Numbered from the stretch's first letter, positions 28,640 through 38,331 are shown. The stretch: 38,331 nt of DNA from a bacterium (GCA_028719205.1 JAQUKH010000004.1:1-38331); one strand, 5' to 3'. Made by a program: numbers and translations. Notes: generated from the sequence alone by a model not told the origin.

Positions 28640-29829
28640 TATATGATCTTTAATTCTTTCGCTACTTTTTCTATCTTTGCGAGAGCAAAATCTATTTGCT
28701 TATCAGTATGTGTTGCCATTAAACTTAACCGGATAATACACGCCCCCTCTGGAACCGCGGGAGGAACCGCGACATTAACAAAAACGCCTTCATCCTGAAG
28801 TATTTTACACATTTTAAAACATGTAATACTATCGCCGACATATACAGGAATAACCGGAGTTTCGCTTCTCCCGATATTAAAACCCATTCCCTTTATTCCA
28901 TTTAACATCCTTTTAGTATTTTTCCATAAGTGCTTGATCCGCTCAGGTTCCCGTTTCATTACTTTTAACGCCGCTTGCACCGAGGCTACATTAGCAGGCG
29001 GCATACTGGCGCTGAATATCAATTCTCTGGCATGGTGTTTTAAATAATGAATGGTATCTTTATCTGAAGCAATAAAGCCCCCTAATGACGCCAGGGATTT
29101 ACTGAATGTTCCCATAATTAAATATATTTTATCAGTTAAGTTAAAATGCGCGGCTGTCCCTTCGCCATGTTTACCTAAAACTCCAATTGAATGGGCGTCA
29201 TCAAGCATTATCGAGGCGTTATACTTCTCTGCCGCGTCAACTATGCCCGGAAGGTTAACTATATCACCTTCCATGCTGAAAATACCATCGGTAACAATTA
29301 ACTTACCATTATTAGAAGGAATATTTTTAAAAACACGGTCTAGGCTATCCATATCATTATGTTCATATCTTAAAGTTTTCCCGAAACTCAGACGGCAACC
29401 ATCAACAATACTCGCATGATTATATTTATCAGCGATTATATATTCATTCCGCCCGATCAATCCCGCGATAGTGCCAAGATTTACCTGAAATCCGGTTGAA
29501 AATAACAACGAATCCTCTTTCCCGACAAAATCAGCCAGTTCTTCTTCTAATTGGACATGAATATCAAGCGTGCCGTTTAAAAACCTTGATCCTGCGCATC
29601 CCGTCCCGTATTTTTTAATAGCGTCAATAGAAGCTTTTTTAACTTCAGGATGAGTATTAAGCCCGAGGTAACTGTTGGATCCAAACATCAGAATCTTCTT
29701 CCCGCCAATTAAAACCTCAGTATCCAGGGCAGACTGAATCTCACGGAAATAGGGATAAAGCCCCATTGCCTGAACCTTTTTCGCGATCTCAAATTTTCTA
29801 ACTTTCTCCAATATATAATTATCTTTCAT
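28639..29829 (-). CDS. spt: Serine palmitoyltransferase (PLP-dependent alpha-oxoamine synthase)
   Basis: GLYPYFR, MFGSNSYLGL, GTGCAGSRFLNGTLDIH, STGFQVNLG, DDAHS, MGTFSKS (PLP lysine), IFSAS. Pattern resembles Bacteroidota SPT more than BioF/Kbl; coupled to a bCerS-like gene. Confidence 0.85.
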   Translation of the reverse strand: MKDNYILEKVRKFEIAKKVQAMGLYPYFREIQSALDTEVLIGGKKILMFGSNSYLGLNTHPEVKKASIDAIKKYGTGCAGSRFLNGTLDIHVQLEEELADFVGKEDSLLFSTGFQVNLGTIAGLIGRNEYIIADKYNHASIVDGCRLSFGKTLRYEHNDMDSLDRVFKNIPSNNGKLIVTDGIFSMEGDIVNLPGIVDAAEKYNASIMLDDAHSIGVLGKHGEGTAAHFNLTDKIYLIMGTFSKSLASLGGFIASDKDTIHYLKHHARELIFSASMPPANVASVQAALKVMKREPERIKHLWKNTKRMLNGIKGMGFNIGRSETPVIPVYVGDSITCFKMCKILQDEGVFVNVAVPPAVPEGACIIRLSLMATHTDKQIDFALAKIEKVAKELKII

Positions 29830-29853
29830 AAAAATCCTTTACAATAAGTTAAG

Positions 29854-29882
29854 ATTCTACAATAAAATCATTTGAAAGTCAA
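29854..29882 (-). promoter_or_regulatory. Sigma70 promoter for spt-bCerS
   Basis: TTGACT (29882-29877), 17-bp spacer, TAGAAT (29859-29854); SD-like AAGGA before the ATG. Confidence 0.62.
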
Positions 29883-29897
29883 ATATTATTAAAATAT

Positions 29898-30611
29898 TTA
29901 ATAAAATATAAAAAAACAAAGAAAAACCAGGATAAAGATGAAAATATAATCGGAGTTTTTAAAACCTATTTTCAAATAATATGTCCGTTTTTCCCGGCTT
30001 CCAAATGCTCTTGATTCTAACGCTACCGCGAGTTGATCGGTATTCCTTATAGCCAAAAGAAATATCGGAACAAGAAGAGGAATATGTTTTTTTGCCTTCT
30101 GCCACACATTCCCGCTATCCAGATCTAATCCCCGCGACTTTTGGGCTTCAATTACAGTCGCGCCTGTTCCGATAAAAGTCGGAACCAACCGCAATGCCGT
30201 AGACAGGACAAAACTGACAGAATAAGGAATTCCAATCCTTACCAACCCTAAAGATATTTCTTCGATGCTTGTAGTGGAAAGAAAAAATATCCCGGACGCG
30301 ACCATCCCAATAAGTTTAATGCCCCTTAAAAAACCAAAAATCACACCTTCCCTGGTAAAGCCGAAAAACCAGGTCCAACTCACTAAAGAAAATACAAAAA
30401 TACCGGTTAAAATAAACCTTAATTTCAAAATATTATTAAACATTCCGGACATTAATCCAAAAACAACCAGAAGAGAAAATATTACCGAAACCTCTAAAAT
30501 ATTATCCGCTTTCAAAAAGAGAATAAAACTAATAAAAAGAGTTAATAGTTTTGTTCTTGGATCAAGCTTATGTATAATTGTGTCTTTTTCTTCATATAGA
30601 TAAACATTCAT
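29898..30611 (-). CDS. ecfT: ECF transporter transmembrane T component
   Basis: LDPRTK, ALRLVP, AQKSRG and ALESRAF (two Arg coupling motifs). Confidence 0.92.
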   Translation of the reverse strand: MNVYLYEEKDTIIHKLDPRTKLLTLFISFILFLKADNILEVSVIFSLLVVFGLMSGMFNNILKLRFILTGIFVFSLVSWTWFFGFTREGVIFGFLRGIKLIGMVASGIFFLSTTSIEEISLGLVRIGIPYSVSFVLSTALRLVPTFIGTGATVIEAQKSRGLDLDSGNVWQKAKKHIPLLVPIFLLAIRNTDQLAVALESRAFGSREKRTYYLKIGFKNSDYIFIFILVFLCFFIFY

Positions 30612-32277
30612 AACAATCCGTAAATTCCTCTACATTTAATAATGTCGCGCCTAATTGGTTGCTTAATTTAACAAGCGGCGGCAATTTGACCGATGAGGAT
30701 CTCAACTTACCTTCCTTCCCTAAAACCTCCCTTGCCGTCCCATCCTCGATTATTTTGCCGTTTTTCATAATGATCAGGCGGCTGGCGTATTCCGCAGCAA
30801 CCCAAACCGCGTGAGTTACCATAATTATTGTATAACCGCTCCTGTTAAGTTTTTCGATCAGGGACATGATACTTCTTATTTCCAGATAATCCAGGCCCGT
30901 TGTCGGTTCATCTAAAATAATTATCTCAGGCCTGCTTGCAAGTACCGACGCCACAGCCAGCCTCTGCCTTTGTCCCTTAGTCAGGCTGAAAGGATCATAA
31001 CCGCGATAATTAGAAAGACTAACCGCGGCCAATGACTCTTCGACCCTTTCATCGACCTCTTTTTTATTTAATCCTAAAAGGCCCGGGCCAAAACCGACCT
31101 CATCTTCAACTGTATGGCAGAAGATCTGATTATCCGGGTTTTGAAAGACATAACCCACCTTCCTGCCTAATGAGGTAAGTTTTTCTTCCTGAATATTTTT
31201 ACCGAAAATTTTTATGTTTCCGCCTGCAGGCCTGTTCAATCCGTTAAAATGTTTAATAAGGCTGGTCTTTCCGCTTCCATTCGCGCCAAGTATCCCGATA
31301 AACTCGCCCTGAAAGATCTCAAGATTTATTCCCGATAAGATCTCTTTTCCGGATTCATATGAAAAACACAGATCTTCCGCCTCCAGGGCTTTTATGCCAG
31401 ATTTTCCGGCCGTTTTATCTTTTCCACGGATCTTTGAATATTTTTCAGTATTTATATTCCCGCGGCTTTTGAAAACACGGCAGACTTCGTTCACATCGGC
31501 AAAATCTTTTATTGGAAAATCAAATTTATTATTTAACTCGATCAACTGCGGCTGTTTGATCCCGTTTTGAGAAAGTAATTCCGTATTTTTTAAGATATCC
31601 CCCGGCACACCGGCAGCTTTTATTTCTCCTTCTCTTAAAATAATTATTTTATCCGCCTGCAAAATTTCTTCGCTTTCATGTTCCACCAGGCAATAAGTCA
31701 GTTTTCTATTCTTGAAATATTTTTTAGCAAAAGAAAAGATCTCCTCTTTACCCTGCGGATCCAGGTCCGTGGTCGGCTCATCAAGACAAATGGCCTTTGG
31801 CTCAAGCGCAAGCACCGACCCGATACATAATCTCTGTTTTTCACCGCCTGATAAAGTCAGCGGATTTCTTCTTTCAAAACCATTCAGCCCTACAATTTCT
31901 AAATTTTTTCTGATGCGGGAATCTATTTCATCCCATGATAAACCGAGATTTTCCGGCCCAAATGCTATTTCCAGATTTACTCGGGTGGAAAAGATTTGTG
32001 TTTCAAAGTCCTGGAATACCAGGCCCGCGAGAGATGAAAGCTCTCTTACAGATGAATCCTGTGTATTTTTCCCATCTATAAAAACCTCTCCTTCGAATTT
32101 TCCTTTGATAAGATGAGGAATTACACCGTTAAATGTTTTTAATAAAGTGGATTTACCGGCACCGTCCTGGCCCATAATTACCACAAATTCACCGGGCAAG
32201 ATCTCAAGTGAAATGTTTTTTAGTGTTTTATCGGGATTGGATGAATAGGAAAAAGATAGGTTCTTTACAGTTATCAC
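30592..32277 (-). CDS. ECF transporter fused double ATPase (A-A')
   Basis: Two Walker A motifs (GQDGAGKS, GANGSGKT), Q-loops FQDFETQ and FQNPDNQ, LSGGEKQR and LTKGQRQR, two LDEPT. Confidence 0.93.
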   Translation of the reverse strand: MITVKNLSFSYSSNPDKTLKNISLEILPGEFVVIMGQDGAGKSTLLKTFNGVIPHLIKGKFEGEVFIDGKNTQDSSVRELSSLAGLVFQDFETQIFSTRVNLEIAFGPENLGLSWDEIDSRIRKNLEIVGLNGFERRNPLTLSGGEKQRLCIGSVLALEPKAICLDEPTTDLDPQGKEEIFSFAKKYFKNRKLTYCLVEHESEEILQADKIIILREGEIKAAGVPGDILKNTELLSQNGIKQPQLIELNNKFDFPIKDFADVNEVCRVFKSRGNINTEKYSKIRGKDKTAGKSGIKALEAEDLCFSYESGKEILSGINLEIFQGEFIGILGANGSGKTSLIKHFNGLNRPAGGNIKIFGKNIQEEKLTSLGRKVGYVFQNPDNQIFCHTVEDEVGFGPGLLGLNKKEVDERVEESLAAVSLSNYRGYDPFSLTKGQRQRLAVASVLASRPEIIILDEPTTGLDYLEIRSIMSLIEKLNRSGYTIIMVTHAVWVAAEYASRLIIMKNGKIIEDGTAREVLGKEGKLRSSSVKLPPLVKLSNQLGATLLNVEEFTDCYECLSI

Positions 32278-32285
32278 TTATACCT

Positions 32286-33032
32286 CTACAACAATAAACA
32301 TCCAACTAGGAATATAATAATAAAAGGAGAGACAGCCTGAACCACCATTGATCCCGCCTGGCCGGTAACCAATACCCCGATACCCAAACCTGCCAACCCT
32401 CCGATCCAAACTAAAATACTGCCGAGTTGTTTAAGAAGATTGGTTTCATTTTTTTCTTCAACAATATCTGTCCAAAGCAAACCCCATTTTTTAACGCGTG
32501 GATATAAAAAACGAAGGAGGAACGGCCCTAATACCGCCGCGGCTAAAAAATCATTCACGGTTATTATTAATCCAATTGTCGCGAACGGTAAAATTTTCAG
32601 GATCTCGAGTCCCCAGGCTATAATAAGCGCGCATGCAACCGCAGAAATAAGACAGATCAGTTCAAATTCGATTATCTGTCTTAAAGAACCCATATCAGGC
32701 TCTTCTTTACTTGATAAAAATCCCATCTTCCCCCATAATTTATACGGAAGGAACGCGAAAAAAAAATTCCCGGCAAAACCAAATAAACTTCCGGCGCTTA
32801 AAGTTCCGAAAAAATCACCGATCAGATTTCCGAATGCCGCCCCCCAGGCGGCAGCCGGCCCGAAAAGGATCCCAAAAACAACAGGAATAACATTTGCGGG
32901 ACGAACCTCAGTAAATCCGGGAATAATAGGAATTCCCTTAAAAGGAATTAAAACTGAGGCAAAAATAGCCGCTGTCAATGCCGAAAGAACTATCATCCTG
33001 GTATTTTTCCACATTGTATAAACTTCGCGCAT
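32286..33032 (-). CDS. ECF substrate-binding S component, QueT-like, long form
   Basis: Highly hydrophobic; ALTAAIF, EVRPAN, GILFGPAAAWGAAFGNLIGD; first gene of an S-AA'-T module. Confidence 0.75.
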   Translation of the reverse strand: MREVYTMWKNTRMIVLSALTAAIFASVLIPFKGIPIIPGFTEVRPANVIPVVFGILFGPAAAWGAAFGNLIGDFFGTLSAGSLFGFAGNFFFAFLPYKLWGKMGFLSSKEEPDMGSLRQIIEFELICLISAVACALIIAWGLEILKILPFATIGLIITVNDFLAAAVLGPFLLRFLYPRVKKWGLLWTDIVEEKNETNLLKQLGSILVWIGGLAGLGIGVLVTGQAGSMVVQAVSPFIIIFLVGCLLL

Positions 33033-33050
33033 AGAAATCTCCTATGGATT

Positions 33051-33605
33051 TTATTTGATATTTTCCAGATACTGTTTCAACAAAACATCAGGAAAAACCT
33101 TTTCAATACTCGTATTAAAAGTAAAAGCCGAAACGATCCACACATTTTGAGAGGTATAGTAGCAGTCAATACCGCAAAAAACAGGCCCTTTCGCGAATTG
33201 AAGGATTATATAGATTTTTTTATAAAAAGAAGTTACTTTCATAACACTTACAAAACTATGCCGCAGTATCTTGCCATAATATCTTTCAACATTACGCAGC
33301 CGCTCTAATTCTTTGGCGGAACTCTCATCTCCTTCTAACGGGCTTCCTTTTAATATAGATTTCACAAAAGCCTCCGCCCCCTGTTCACGATAAAGCTGAA
33401 AACTATCAGACACTATAGATGGAACTAATGAATAATCTTCCTGGACAACCGAAGCCGCTTCCTCTTTTTTCACTTCCACCTTCGTTGATTCTTGACTTAT
33501 GACTTCCACTGCGGCGGGCAGGCGTGACGTGTCACTTGAAACCTCCTCGGCACTGGTTAATCCTGATAATAATAAGATAAAAATTACAGGATATAAATAT
33601 TTCAT
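33051..33605 (-). CDS. Hypothetical secreted protein
   Basis: Signal peptide MKYLYPVIFILLLSGLTSA; start overlaps the upstream stop (ATGA). Confidence 0.7.
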   Translation of the reverse strand: MKYLYPVIFILLLSGLTSAEEVSSDTSRLPAAVEVISQESTKVEVKKEEAASVVQEDYSLVPSIVSDSFQLYREQGAEAFVKSILKGSPLEGDESSAKELERLRNVERYYGKILRHSFVSVMKVTSFYKKIYIILQFAKGPVFCGIDCYYTSQNVWIVSAFTFNTSIEKVFPDVLLKQYLENIK

Positions 33606-36600
33606 TGCATCTCCTTCCCTCTTAACTGTTTATAACTATTCAGCAATTCCCAGCTGATCTCCATTCCAAACAATCTTACATTCTTATTAATGAACAAAAC
33701 GCATTTTTTAGTAAATTCATTTAATTCTTTTGTATTACCAACTTTTTTCTGGTAGGAAATGATCCCTTTTAACGCGGATAAGCGGATCTTCTCCTTTGTA
33801 ATTTCATAAGCGTCCCGGACAAGGGCAAAATGATTCGCGGACAATTCAAGTTCAGTTCCTACCTTAATACAGCTATGAAAAATAAATTCCAGCCTTTTTA
33901 ATAAATGGTTAGATTCCGAAAGGATATTTCCGGTGCCCTTTCGAAATAAATTAATACTGGTTATCCTTTTCAGATAACTATTTACTATATCATCTTTTAT
34001 TTCTTCTTTAATTTTAAGAAATTCATCTTTAAGCTGCCCCTGATAATCGTATGTGCTGTATTCACATTGTTTGATCTTTAGCGTCTCTTTTATGAAATAA
34101 TTCTCAAGCGCGCGCAGGTTTTTGATACGCTTTATTTTAATGAGCATTTCTCTGATATCCACTACCGGATAGAATGAGATCTTAACCGCGCCGTTAACAA
34201 AACCATATTTAAATCTTATTCCCTGAGATACTTTTCCCTTTAATATTTTTGCTATTAAACTGTTATTAATGATCTCAGAGTAGGAAATTTCCTGCATAGC
34301 TTTATTTATAAAATCATAATGGCAGTCAACCTGCTTACTCAACCCGAAAAAGCTGATATAAGGTGATTTTTTTCTCTGCGCGACTTTCTTTCTATAGTCG
34401 ATCGCTTTTAAGGCAAAAATGATAATTTTCAACTGCGTTTCCGGGTTCAAGGTCCTGGTTGAGCGTTCCAATAACCAAAATTTTGATTTTTCTTTTCTAT
34501 CAATAAACGCGTACAAAAGATATTTCCGCGCCTCATCAGGCATTTTTTTAAATTCATTATAAATACCGATAGCATTCTGCATCTGTTTTGTAAAAGAATT
34601 TATTCCAATACTATGAAATGACTGTTTATACAGCAAAAATTTTAAAAACGATAACATCTGTTTATCAAACTCGGGCATTCCGTTTTCATTAAAAGAAAGT
34701 TCACCCTTAAACTTCCTGTGAAATTCCAGAACAATATCATGAAATATATTATATGAACCTCTGAAAGCGAATAACCGTTCTAAAACATAGGCCTCTCTTC
34801 CGAAAAACTCGATTTCATTATCATCCGCGTTCTTAATTTCACCGTTAGCATCCTCTTCCTCGTATAGCCCGGGTTTATTTATTACCGTAAAAGCTCTCCT
34901 GCCTTTATCAAAAATATAATCCATTAAAATTCCTAAGGTCGTCTTTTCTTTTTTAATAATAGAAATACCCTTTCTGTAATAAGAAAAAAATCTTTCCATC
35001 AGGTCATAGGTCATAAGCCCTTCACTTACTGAAGATGCTATTAAAATACATAATATTGTATTGGCTGTAAAAAGATTTTCCGCGCCGATCTTTTCTATTA
35101 CAGCCCCCATAGCCTCCTTATCTTTTGGAGAAAAAAGTTCTTCCAGCGATTCCAAAGGATATTCACCTTTAATGATCTGCCCCAATTTTCCCATCTGTCC
35201 TATAAAAAACAGGGCCAGTTTTTCGGTATTTTTATCTACAAGATTTTCCAGTATTTTTTCTCTTTTTAGAGCCTCTACCCCTGCTTCAGGGTATACAACA
35301 AAATCAATTTGCTTATGATATTTTTTGAATAAAGACGGAACCTTGCCGATGTTAAAGAACAGGATACTGACGATCATTGCCCTTTTGACTTCAGGATACA
35401 TAGCCAATCTGTCATAAATATCCTCAAGCTGTGTAAGTTGCTTTTCAGAAACCTCAATACTGATAGGTGTTTTTTCGCCAAAATCATCCTGGGCGATGCG
35501 GTTAAATACAGTCTTATCCTGAAAATCACTTTTTGTTTTTGTATCTATAGCCTGAAATTTTTTTGCTATCCTTATTATATATTCATTTACCGTTTCAATA
35601 TGCTCCTTGCGCACGCTTTTGATGTTCCTGAGCTCCAGAAATTCATTCAAGACTATTTCCAGAACCTTCGGGCAGAATTTTGACATTAAAGAAATATTAG
35701 ACCCGATCTCTTTCGGGCTGAATATTTCATGAATAAATAATTTTCTGATATCCTCTATTACCTCTTCAATTAATTGAACCTTTTTTTCTAAATTCAGGAT
35801 CTTCTGCGAGTCGGATCTATCATTATTTAACAGCCTGATCTCCTCCCTGTAAGCAAGCGGATATTTCTGGATGACACTCGCGCAATTTTCAAGTTTTAAT
35901 AAATAATTTATATTCCTGAAACTTACCTCTTTATTTTTGAAAATTTCCATCAAGTTTCTCATTTCGTCAATACTCTTAAAAATATTGCTGTACCTGAATT
36001 CAAGATAATCTGTTTTTTCATTCAATCTAAGCTCTAATCCCGTATCAAAAATAATTACATCCTCTCTTGCCAGAAGTTTTGTTTTAACTCCTTCTAAAAA
36101 AGAAAAATCCAGATCCTCTATTTTTATTAAATCCAGATTATCCTCTATCTCCTTGATCTTTTGTTTATTTTCCTTGATATTTTCACTAAGAAACATCGGA
36201 TTAAAATCGATAAAGTTATTTTTTGCCGCATGGCAGGCGATCCATAGGAGTTTAAAACCGGAACGCGCGGAGAGAAACGGGAAAATACGGCCTGTCCCGT
36301 GAAGTTCAACTTTTTCAAACAAACTTCTGTAAAAGAACGGCCTGTCAAAACTTATCTCGCTGTAATATTTATCTCTGAATTCCCTGGCAATCTTTATCAA
36401 CTCCCGCGTCTCATGGTATTCATGTATCATTTCACGGTCATAACCCGCGATCGCCTCGATCTCGAAATCTGTTTTCTCCTCTAATTCCTTCATGAGAATA
36501 GGATCCATCCTTAAGATCTCATAGATCCGAAGCAGCCTTCTTAAGGCCATCCAGAAGGTCCCGCCCATATTGGTTACCTTTTCTTCCATTATAGATTCCC

Positions 36601-38329
36601 AGGTTATTCCCGGATTATAAATAACATCACTTGCTTCTCTCCTGAGCTTGGAAAACCTCTCAACCATTTTCGCGGGCATTAATCCGCCGACACCGGCGGC
36701 AAATTCAGCTATACTTTTTAAATAATCTCTTTTTATCAATTCAAATACCTGTTTGGACGGAATAAAATAATTTTCCATTATAAAATAATATTCTTCCATG
36801 ATCCTTCTGAAAATGATCATTTCTTTATCATTTGATATCTTTCTTTTATCCAGTATTTTTTTAAGATATTTGACGGATTCCAGTGATACAGATTTTTTAA
36901 TATCCGGCAGGATCCTTTTTTCAACTATATCCAATAACAACGTAAGCTGTCGTGTCGAAAATTCTTTTCCTACCATCAAAACCTTGTCCGTGATCGGATT
37001 CAGCGCGGTTCCCTGAAGTTTTCCGGAAACAACCCCTGACATAGCGCTGTGCCCTGTAATAATAAGTATTATCTCTTCTATTTCTTCCTTCGTAAAATTA
37101 AAAAGAGTAAGTATCCCCAGGTTATCTAAAAGCGGATTTTTCAGGCTTTGGTATTTTACCGGGTCTATGACACGTTCTATTTGCTTTATCTGATCCATTT
37201 TCTCGATCAGGGAAACAATTGAATAATAAAATCTTTCTTTTTTATCCCTCATATCAGTGCATATGATCTCCAGTTCATCTCGCTGGATCTTTGTAGGGCC
37301 TTTCAAATACCCGTTATCCTTCCCCTCAATCAGGTCTTTAAGGATCATTAAAACATTTTTCAGATAAGTAAATGAATTTTTATAATTTGATACAAGCGTA
37401 AAAGGAACTCCCGGAAGATTTAAATCAAATAATCTTTCCGCGATTGCCGGTACATCCAATTTGCTTTCCACCCGTTCCCCGAAAAAAACCTGAAAATTTA
37501 AATGATCTTTTTTGACCTCTTCGTTTATTTTTTGAATTCTGCCGGAAACAGATGAGATCTCGATCTTTTTAAAAAACGGCTGGACTAACTGCCACCAGCC
37601 AAATTCTTTTATACAATTATAAAAATTTTTTAGTTTTTTCGTGTTAAAATTTTGTTTATCAACACTGACTGTAATTATCTTGCCTTCCGGTTTAAGAAAA
37701 TGATACAGTTTATAAAATATGTTTTTTATCAGATACTCTTCTTTTTCCGGCCTGTCCGAATCTTCAGCCGTCGAATTTTTCCCGTTTGACGGCGGTACCC
37801 AATCCTTAAAAAGAGTAAAAATAGCACGGTCGGTAAAATAGAACAGGTCCATTCTATTTTCAGGAGAAATGCTTTCGTGGAGATTAACGCTGATAAATCT
37901 GATATGGGGGTAAAGATGGTTTAATACCTGTATAAGCAGGCTGTCCTGTTCTTCCAATGTACCTATCTGGATCAGTTTTTCCTGTTTTGGAAAATATTTC
38001 TTTATAACCTCAACGAGGATCTCTTTTTCATAGCGGACATCTTTAACGAGATCAGCCGCCAGATATCCGGGAATAATATAATAAATTTTATTATCCTGAG
38101 AGACAACCTTTAAGAGGGTTTTCCTTAAGACTTCATTTTTTTCTCTTGCGGAGATGTTTGGATTATCAATATTTATGAAAATATTATATTCAGATTCGTT
38201 AATTTCGCCTAATACCCCGAACTCTGTTCCTCCACCCCAAGGGTCCCTGCCAAACTTATTTTGAAGCAAAAAATCAAGGTCCGTGTATATTTTTTTAAGA
38301 ACGCAGTACGGATTAGATCTCGAAACCAC
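33602..38329 (-). CDS. Very large hypothetical protein (>=1575 aa, probably 5'-truncated by the window end)
   Basis: 4.7-kb uninterrupted ORF open to the edge. Degenerate class I methyltransferase-like motif (LYHFLKPEGKII) and HD-like motif (ILFFNIGK). Confidence 0.8.
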   Translation of the reverse strand: MVSRSNPYCVLKKIYTDLDFLLQNKFGRDPWGGGTEFGVLGEINESEYNIFINIDNPNISAREKNEVLRKTLLKVVSQDNKIYYIIPGYLAADLVKDVRYEKEILVEVIKKYFPKQEKLIQIGTLEEQDSLLIQVLNHLYPHIRFISVNLHESISPENRMDLFYFTDRAIFTLFKDWVPPSNGKNSTAEDSDRPEKEEYLIKNIFYKLYHFLKPEGKIITVSVDKQNFNTKKLKNFYNCIKEFGWWQLVQPFFKKIEISSVSGRIQKINEEVKKDHLNFQVFFGERVESKLDVPAIAERLFDLNLPGVPFTLVSNYKNSFTYLKNVLMILKDLIEGKDNGYLKGPTKIQRDELEIICTDMRDKKERFYYSIVSLIEKMDQIKQIERVIDPVKYQSLKNPLLDNLGILTLFNFTKEEIEEIILIITGHSAMSGVVSGKLQGTALNPITDKVLMVGKEFSTRQLTLLLDIVEKRILPDIKKSVSLESVKYLKKILDKRKISNDKEMIIFRRIMEEYYFIMENYFIPSKQVFELIKRDYLKSIAEFAAGVGGLMPAKMVERFSKLRREASDVIYNPGITWESIMEEKVTNMGGTFWMALRRLLRIYEILRMDPILMKELEEKTDFEIEAIAGYDREMIHEYHETRELIKIAREFRDKYYSEISFDRPFFYRSLFEKVELHGTGRIFPFLSARSGFKLLWIACHAAKNNFIDFNPMFLSENIKENKQKIKEIEDNLDLIKIEDLDFSFLEGVKTKLLAREDVIIFDTGLELRLNEKTDYLEFRYSNIFKSIDEMRNLMEIFKNKEVSFRNINYLLKLENCASVIQKYPLAYREEIRLLNNDRSDSQKILNLEKKVQLIEEVIEDIRKLFIHEIFSPKEIGSNISLMSKFCPKVLEIVLNEFLELRNIKSVRKEHIETVNEYIIRIAKKFQAIDTKTKSDFQDKTVFNRIAQDDFGEKTPISIEVSEKQLTQLEDIYDRLAMYPEVKRAMIVSILFFNIGKVPSLFKKYHKQIDFVVYPEAGVEALKREKILENLVDKNTEKLALFFIGQMGKLGQIIKGEYPLESLEELFSPKDKEAMGAVIEKIGAENLFTANTILCILIASSVSEGLMTYDLMERFFSYYRKGISIIKKEKTTLGILMDYIFDKGRRAFTVINKPGLYEEEDANGEIKNADDNEIEFFGREAYVLERLFAFRGSYNIFHDIVLEFHRKFKGELSFNENGMPEFDKQMLSFLKFLLYKQSFHSIGINSFTKQMQNAIGIYNEFKKMPDEARKYLLYAFIDRKEKSKFWLLERSTRTLNPETQLKIIIFALKAIDYRKKVAQRKKSPYISFFGLSKQVDCHYDFINKAMQEISYSEIINNSLIAKILKGKVSQGIRFKYGFVNGAVKISFYPVVDIREMLIKIKRIKNLRALENYFIKETLKIKQCEYSTYDYQGQLKDEFLKIKEEIKDDIVNSYLKRITSINLFRKGTGNILSESNHLLKRLEFIFHSCIKVGTELELSANHFALVRDAYEITKEKIRLSALKGIISYQKKVGNTKELNEFTKKCVLFINKNVRLFGMEISWELLNSYKQLRGKEMQ

Positions 38330-38331
38330 TG

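Noticed and set aside
28639-29829. BioF or Kbl annotation for the PLP enzyme
   Set aside because: No bio or tdh genes nearby. YPYFR/GSNSYLGL/GCAGSRFLNGT motifs and coupling to a bCerS-like gene favour SPT, though a tree is needed to confirm.
32440-33021. 193-aa plus-strand ORF opposite the ECF S component
   Set aside because: Antisense shadow of a clear membrane-protein gene; no motif support.
1-38331. CRISPR array, IS element, prophage, defence system or rRNA
   Set aside because: No regularly spaced repeats, transposase/integrase/cas/phage motifs or rRNA sequence were recognised.

Overview
AT-rich bacterial chromosome segment, probably a metagenome scaffold from an uncultured diderm lineage (the taxon cannot be fixed from this window). 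It has a 10-N gap at 12426-12435, and almost all genes are on the minus strand. The left half is the conserved translation/transcription supercluster: cysS-rlmB, tRNA-Thr/Tyr/Gly/Thr, two extra genes, tuf-rpmG-tRNA-Trp-secE-nusG-rplKAJL-rpoBC-rpsLG-fusA, and a second tuf cut by the window edge. The right half is accessory: a divergent PurN-like formyltransferase plus a TMEM260/DUF2723-like membrane glycosyltransferase, an ECF transporter, and a >1575-aa unexplained protein with degenerate methyltransferase-like and HD-like motifs. The most notable part is an apparent bacterial ceramide/sphingolipid gene set (serine palmitoyltransferase, bCerS-type GNAT, CerR-like reductase, AUR1/IPC-synthase-like PAP2) split by a three-gene block. 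Non-coding observations include a hairpin plus uORF that could occlude the fusA ribosome-binding site, a nested REP-like palindrome in the tRNA-Tyr/Gly spacer, and several apparently leaderless genes. All family assignments come from motif recognition, not database searches.
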